A stretch of DNA of 64,000 nt from an uncultured delta proteobacterium (lineage in GTDB: Bacteria > Desulfobacterota > Desulfobacteria > Desulfobacterales > SpSt-501), in NCBI GenBank assembly GCA_963716785.1, contig CAVQUW010000025.1, forward strand, positions 70,601-134,600, written 5' to 3'. The notes below the pieces were generated by a model, which was not told the DNA's origin, did no database searches, and saw nothing but the letters and a program-made list of their open reading frames with translations. A program made the translations under genes and the position numbers. Below, one piece after another: positions 59,321 to 64,000 of the stretch. How positions within the stretch are numbered: the stretch's first letter is position 1; the number at the start of each line of letters is the position of its first letter.

Positions 59321-60673
59321 TTAAAACCTCAGCGTGAAAACGGTTTCCCCGCCCGGTGCGGAGCCGACGCTGAGAGTGCCCTTGTGAAGGCGCATGATCT
59401 GGCGCGACAGACTCAACCCGATCCCCGACCCGCCCGGCTTGGTGGTGAAAAAGGGGATGAAGATCCTCTCCGCCACGTCCTCCGGTATGCCCCGGCCGTT
59501 GTCGATGACCTTGATCACGGGGTTCCCCTGAGCGTCGGTTTCGGCCGACAGCAGGATGCGCGCCTTCCCGCGCGCGGTCACCGCCTCGAGGGCGTTCTTG
59601 CACAGGTTGATCAGCACCTGTTCGATCAGCGCCGGGTCGGCAGTGAGCTCGAGGGAGCCCGGCGCGACCCGGGTCTGGAAATCGACGTCCTTCCGGGCGA
59701 GTTGATCCCGCATGAAACCCTCCACGCGCGCCACGAGCTCACCCACCCGGACGATCTGAAACTGCGGCTGGGGGATGCGGGTCAGCTCCCGGTATTTTTC
59801 GATGAAGGCGATCAAACCCCTGCTGCGCTTCTCGATGGTCTCCACCGCATCACAGACGTCGCGGATCTTCTCGCCGCGGGCATCCTCAGGTTCCTCCACC
59901 CCGCACTCGCCGGCCAGCAGGCCGTTGGCGGTGGAGGCCAGGGAGGCGATCGGGGCGATCGAGTTCATGATTTCGTGGGTCAGGACCCGGATCAGGTTCT
60001 GCCAGGAGACCATCTCCTTTTCCTCTAGCTCCCGGTGGATGTCCTGCATGGCCACCAGCAGCAGCGGCCGCCGGCGCAGCACGAAGCCGGTGGCGTAGAT
60101 CGAAAACTGCAGCAGGCCGTCGTCGCGCTGGAACCGGACGAGACGGTTTTCACCGGGGGCAAGTGCGATCAGCGCCTCCGCAAGCTTCGGGTTGTCCGGC
60201 GCCAGGTCTTCGATTCGGCGCAGGTGCGGGATTTTCAACATCCGCCGGGCGGCGTTGTTGATCAGCTCCACCTTCCCGTCGGCTTCAAACGCGAGCAGCC
60301 CGACGCCCACGTGGTCGATGATCGTCTGCAGAAAGCGGAAGTGCTCCTCCTTTTCGAGCTTGGCACGGCGGAACTCGGCCGTCACCTCGTTCAAGGCGGC
60401 GGTCAGCTCCTCGAAGCCGGAGCCCTGGGGGCCGTCGGTGAAAGAGCGCGAAAAGTCGGAGTATCGGATGGAGGTGAGCAGCCGTGCCAGGTCCCGGTTG
60501 GTCCGGGTCACGAAGCGACCCAGCGCGACGACCTGCCAGGCCGCCGCCAGCGCGGCAAGCGTCCCGGCCGCCCAGAATTGCTTCAGCAGGAGGAGGTGGA
60601 AGATGAGGAAGACGGTGGCGGCCAGCAGGGCGACCCGGGCGATGCAGTTGATGAGAAATCGTCTGTGCGGCAT
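59321..60673 (-). CDS. sensor histidine kinase (2 TM, HAMP-like, PAS-like, HisKA/HATPase)
   Basis: ATG 60673. H-box LTHEIMNSIAPI. The N, G1 and G2 boxes are present (NLCKNALEA, VIDNGRGI, GGSGIGLS). Confidence 0.85.
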   Translation of the reverse strand: MPHRRFLINCIARVALLAATVFLIFHLLLLKQFWAAGTLAALAAAWQVVALGRFVTRTNRDLARLLTSIRYSDFSRSFTDGPQGSGFEELTAALNEVTAEFRRAKLEKEEHFRFLQTIIDHVGVGLLAFEADGKVELINNAARRMLKIPHLRRIEDLAPDNPKLAEALIALAPGENRLVRFQRDDGLLQFSIYATGFVLRRRPLLLVAMQDIHRELEEKEMVSWQNLIRVLTHEIMNSIAPIASLASTANGLLAGECGVEEPEDARGEKIRDVCDAVETIEKRSRGLIAFIEKYRELTRIPQPQFQIVRVGELVARVEGFMRDQLARKDVDFQTRVAPGSLELTADPALIEQVLINLCKNALEAVTARGKARILLSAETDAQGNPVIKVIDNGRGIPEDVAERIFIPFFTTKPGGSGIGLSLSRQIMRLHKGTLSVGSAPGGETVFTLRF

Positions 60674-60710
60674 GCGCGGGTCCGTTCGGGTGAAGGTGTC
60701 ACCAGTCGGG

Positions 60711-62093
60711 CTATAGGCCGTATTTCTCCAGGCGCCGGTAGAGCGAGGTGCGCGTGATCCCGAGCTCCCGGGCTGCGTGGGAAATGTTGCCGTCATGCTT
60801 CTTGAGCGCTTTGCGCACCACGGCTTTTTCGACCTCCTCGAGGTGGTAGCTCTCGAAGACGATGCCTTCGTGCTCCCGGCCGGTTTCAGGAAACAGGAAG
60901 TCCGCCGGCCGGAGAACGGGCGCCTCCGACAGGATCACCGCCCGCTCCAGGGTGTGCCGCAGTTCGCGGACGTTGCCCGGCCACTGGTAGCGCTCGAGCT
61001 TTTTCATGGCCGCCGGGCCGATCCCGGTGACGGCTTTCTTGTACTTGCGGGCGTAAACCCCCAGGAAGTGCAGCGCCAGCGGCGGGATGTCGCCCTCGCG
61101 CTCCCGCAGCGGCGGAAGCCTGATTTCCACGGTGTTCACGCGGTAGAGCAGGTCCTGCCGGAACTCGCCGCGCGACACCATGTCGTAGACCGGCATGTTG
61201 GTGGCGCAGACGAGCCGGATGTCGATGCCGCGGGCGGTATGGGAACCCACGCGCGTGACCTGGCGGCTTTCGAGCACGTTCAGCAGCTTCGCCTGCATGG
61301 CCGGGGAGAGGTTGCCGATCTCATCCAGGAACAGCGTCCCCCCGGAGGCGAGCTCGAAGCGGCCGGCGCGGTCCTCGCGCGCATCGGTGAAGGCGCCCCT
61401 GACGTGGCCGAAGAGCTCGCTTTCGAAGAGGGTCTCGACCACGGCCCCCATGTCGACGCTGATGAAGACCTCCCCCGCCCGGGCGGACTGCCGGTGCAGC
61501 GCCCTCGCCACGAGCTCCTTGCCGGTGCCGTTCTCTCCCAGGATCAGCACGTTGGCGTCGGTTCCGGCCACCTTCGCAATCGTCGCGAACACCGCCTGCA
61601 TGGCCGGGCTCGCCCCGATCATGTCGTGAAACTTCTGGTCGATGTCGGCGTTCATCTGCTTCTGGCGCGAACGCAGCCGGTCGACCTCGAGGCGCGACAG
61701 CCGCAGGTTCAAGGCCGAGTTGAGGGTCGCGATGAGCTTTTCGTTCTGCCAGGGCTTGAGCACGAAATCGGAGGCGCCGGCCTTGACGGCCCTTACCGCC
61801 GTCTCGACATCGCCGTAGGCCGTGATCAGAATGACCACCGCCGCGGGGTCCATCCGGAGAATTCGCTCCAGCCACATGAACCCCTCGGTGCCGCTCGTCG
61901 CGTCGACCGTGAAGTTCATGTCGAGCAGGATCACGTCGTAGCACTCATTTTTCATCAAGGCGGGGATTTTCTCGGGGTCCTGCTCGGTGTGGACGAGGCG
62001 AAAGTGCTGCTTCAGGAGAAGCCGGGCAGCCAGCAGCAGGTCCTGATTGTCGTCGACGACCAGAATGTTTCCGACTTTCTGGGTCATGGGCAT
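60711..62093 (-). CDS. sigma54-dependent response regulator (NtrC family)
   Basis: Receiver domain (ILVVDDNQDLL), AAA+ domain (GENGTGKE, GAFTDA as the GAFTGA variant, ESELFGH) and a C-terminal HTH. Confidence 0.9.
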   Translation of the reverse strand: MPMTQKVGNILVVDDNQDLLLAARLLLKQHFRLVHTEQDPEKIPALMKNECYDVILLDMNFTVDATSGTEGFMWLERILRMDPAAVVILITAYGDVETAVRAVKAGASDFVLKPWQNEKLIATLNSALNLRLSRLEVDRLRSRQKQMNADIDQKFHDMIGASPAMQAVFATIAKVAGTDANVLILGENGTGKELVARALHRQSARAGEVFISVDMGAVVETLFESELFGHVRGAFTDAREDRAGRFELASGGTLFLDEIGNLSPAMQAKLLNVLESRQVTRVGSHTARGIDIRLVCATNMPVYDMVSRGEFRQDLLYRVNTVEIRLPPLREREGDIPPLALHFLGVYARKYKKAVTGIGPAAMKKLERYQWPGNVRELRHTLERAVILSEAPVLRPADFLFPETGREHEGIVFESYHLEEVEKAVVRKALKKHDGNISHAARELGITRTSLYRRLEKYGL

Positions 62094-62370
62094 GTTCCTG
62101 TCCGTAAAGCGATCCTGCGGCAAACGCGGCAGCAACTCCTCCCGCTGCGCCCGCCTCGAGCATCAAGGCTTGTCGCCCGCCATTTTATGCCATTTTTGTT
62201 CCACACCTCGCTTTCGACGGGTGGGGATGCCTCGAAAGCCCACCGGGAACGACAGGCCTCACCCGATAAGTTCGGCCCGTAGGGCGATCACGGAAAAATG
62301 AGCCCCCGTTTCGCAAAAAGGGTTGCCGCATTTTCCGTCCGCGGACGCCCCGCCGAGGTGTCCGCTTCCG

Positions 62371-62383
62371 TACACCCGGTGTA
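62371..62383. promoter_or_regulatory. palindrome TACACC-C-GGTGTA, candidate enhancer (UAS) for the NtrC-type activator
   Basis: A perfect 6-bp inverted repeat about 145 nt upstream of the -24/-12 promoter. Confidence 0.3.
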
Positions 62384-62525
62384 GCGCGGGCGTACATGCG
62401 CCGCCGCCACCAGGCGTGCCGGAGACGAGATCATGCATACCATATTTTCTCGAAGGGTTGAAATGACCGGCGGTTTTTCATATCTATGACCTATCTCAAC
62501 TTCCTCTGCGGAAAAGCTTCCCGAT

Positions 62526-62541
62526 TGGCACACCCGTTGCT
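62526..62541 (+). promoter_or_regulatory. sigma54 promoter (TGGCAC-N5-TTGCT)
   Basis: TGGCAC at 62526-62531, 5-nt spacer, TTGC at 62537-62540. It lies 28 nt upstream of the ATG at 62569 and is divergent from the NtrC/kinase pair. Confidence 0.8.
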
Positions 62542-62568
62542 CTCCAGTAACGCGCAGGGAGTCTTCCC

Positions 62569-63288
62569 ATGATCAAGACCAGGAATCTGACCAAGGTCTT
62601 CCGCAACGCCGAGGTGGAGACCACCGCGCTGAGCGGCATCAACATCGAGATCCGCCGGGGCGAATTCGTAGCCGTCATGGGCCCCTCGGGCTGCGGGAAA
62701 TCGACCTTTCTGCACCTGGCCGGCATGCTCGACACCCCGACCTCCGGGGAGTACTTCTTCATGGACGAGGAAGTCTCCGGCTACCCCGAGAAGAAGCGCG
62801 CGGCGCTGCGCAAGGGCAACATCGGCTTCGTCTTCCAGAGTTTCAACCTGATCGACGAGCTCACCGTCCGCGAAAACGTCGCGCTGCCGCTGCTCTACCT
62901 GAAGGTCCCCGCCGCCGAGCGTGAAAAGCGGGTCGACGACGTGCTCCGCCGGATGGGGCTTGCCGCCCACAGGAACCACTACCCGCCGCAGGTCTCCGGC
63001 GGGGAGCAGCAGCGCGCGGCGGTCGCCCGGGCCGTCGTCGTCGGCCCGAAGGTCGTCCTGGCCGACGAGCCCACCGGCAACCTGGACTCCGCTCACGGCG
63101 AGGAGGTGATGAAGCTGCTGGTCGAGCTGAACGAGGGCGGCGCCACGGTGGTCATGGCGACCCACTCCGCGGACTACGCGGACTACGCCCACCGCGTGAT
63201 CCATCTCTTCGACGGCCACGTCGTCACCGAGAACCTGAAACGGAAGTACGACCGGCACATGCGGCCGCTCGCGCCGGTGCCGGGCTGA
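62569..63288 (+). CDS. ABC transporter ATP-binding protein (MacB/LolD/FtsE type)
   Basis: 239 aa with GPSGCGKST, SGGEQQR and LADEPTGNLD. Confidence 0.9.
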   Translation: MIKTRNLTKVFRNAEVETTALSGINIEIRRGEFVAVMGPSGCGKSTFLHLAGMLDTPTSGEYFFMDEEVSGYPEKKRAALRKGNIGFVFQSFNLIDELTVRENVALPLLYLKVPAAEREKRVDDVLRRMGLAAHRNHYPPQVSGGEQQRAAVARAVVVGPKVVLADEPTGNLDSAHGEEVMKLLVELNEGGATVVMATHSADYADYAHRVIHLFDGHVVTENLKRKYDRHMRPLAPVPG

Positions 63289-63325
63289 TGCGTTCGGTGC
63301 AACCCGAGCCCTGGGCAATTTGCCG

Positions 63326-64000
63326 ATGTTCGCCAACTATTTCAACGCCGCGCTTCGGAACCTTCTCCGGCACAAGCTCCACGCGCTGGTGAGCCTCCTC
63401 GGCCTTGCCGCCGCGATGGCGGCCGCCATGCTGGTCCTGCTCTTCGTCGTCGACGACCTGCGCTTCGACAGGTTCCACCGGTATTCCGACCGCATCTTCC
63501 GCGTGATACGGACCTACCGAACCGCCGAGTCCGCTCTGCCAGTCGCGCTCAGTCCCGAGCCCCTCGCCGCTGCGCTCAAGAACGATCTTCCGGAGATCGA
63601 GGATGCGGTCAGCATCAATAATTTCGACGAATACCACGTCCGACATGCCGGCCGGTGGGTGAGCGATGTGAGGGCCATCTTCACATACCCCGCCTTTTTC
63701 CGGATCTTCTCATTCGAGGTCCTCCGGCGCTCCGGAAGAGCTCTTCTTGAGGACCCGAATTCCGCCGTTCTCACCACGGAGGCCTGCCGCCGGCTGTTCG
63801 CGGACGAGGACCCCCTCGGGAAAACCATCTTCATCGAGCGCGTCGGCGAGGTGCGGGTCGATGCGGTCATCGAAAACCCGAGGCGAACCCACATCCCCTT
63901 CGGGGTGATCATACCGATGGCACGATATCCCGCCCCGGGCTACGTGGGACAGCTGGAAGAATAGCAATTTCTATGTCTACGTGCTGCTCCGGGAGGGAGT
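63326..64000 (+). pseudogene. MacB/FtsX-like ABC permease, N-terminal part (runs off the window); frame break about 63930-63950
   Basis: MFANYFNAALRNLLRHKLHALVSLLGLA is a typical N-terminus. The frame stops at 63964, but the shifted frame continues WDSWKNSNFYVYVLLREG to the window end. Confidence 0.75.

Noticed and set aside
2654-63950. The many frame breaks as programmed ribosomal frameshifts or transcriptional slippage sites
   Set aside because: Apart from prfB, none has a slippery heptamer, an internal SD plus rare/stop codon arrangement, or a downstream pseudoknot. The affected families are not known to use recoding.
1-64000. tRNA, rRNA and CRISPR arrays
   Set aside because: I scanned for T-loop/acceptor-like strings (GGTTCGAATCC and similar), rRNA-like conserved blocks and regularly spaced direct repeats. 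None was found. This was a by-eye scan, so a divergent tRNA could have been missed.

Overview
GC-rich bacterial chromosomal window (by eye about two-thirds G+C). The gene content looks like an anaerobic Desulfobacterota/deltaproteobacterium: NfnAB, several radical-SAM enzymes, sigma54/NtrC control and a candidate selenoprotein. That taxonomic guess is inference only. I can support about 60 protein genes, many in translationally coupled operons (ATGA/GTGA overlaps).

Gene order, left to right:
- a small Cys-rich peptide operon and an AhpD-like gene with an in-frame TGA
- tatD, nfnAB, a thioesterase
- DUF47 plus a PiT phosphate transporter, an HD hydrolase, prfB (with the classical +1 recoding site), lnt
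- an ECF sigma / anti-sigma / DUF3106 module
- an ATP-grasp ligase behind a long structured leader, convergent with DUF192-GH17
- an orphan 579-aa protein plus a beta-CASP MBL nuclease, an MFS transporter, a TPR lipoprotein, arfB
- a B12-radical-SAM / radical-SAM / DUF1786-like trio, convergent with an 8-gene btuF-btuC-btuD-receptor-exbB-exbD-tonB operon behind a cobalamin riboswitch
- livKFGMH
- a lower-GC mosaic (about 42.3-48.0 kb) holding gene fragments, an IS4 remnant and a P-type ATPase behind a yybP-ykoY (Mn2+) riboswitch
- a formiminoglutamate-type hut subcluster coupled to a 989-aa secreted hydrolase-vWA protein
- a CMD / TIGR04076 / 4Fe-4S / four-carbon-acid-kinase group
- a histidine kinase and NtrC-type regulator divergent from a sigma54-promoted MacB-like ABC transporter

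I found no rRNA, tRNA or CRISPR array.

Main points for follow-up:
1. A 50-aa acidic peptide with 10 Cys that ends in CCCC.
2. A CxxU AhpD-like selenoprotein candidate.
3. Two families of structured intergenic repeats that I cannot assign to a known class.
4. An unclassified riboswitch-like leader.
5. At least 13 single-nucleotide frame disruptions in otherwise intact genes. This pattern looks more like assembly indel error than gene decay.
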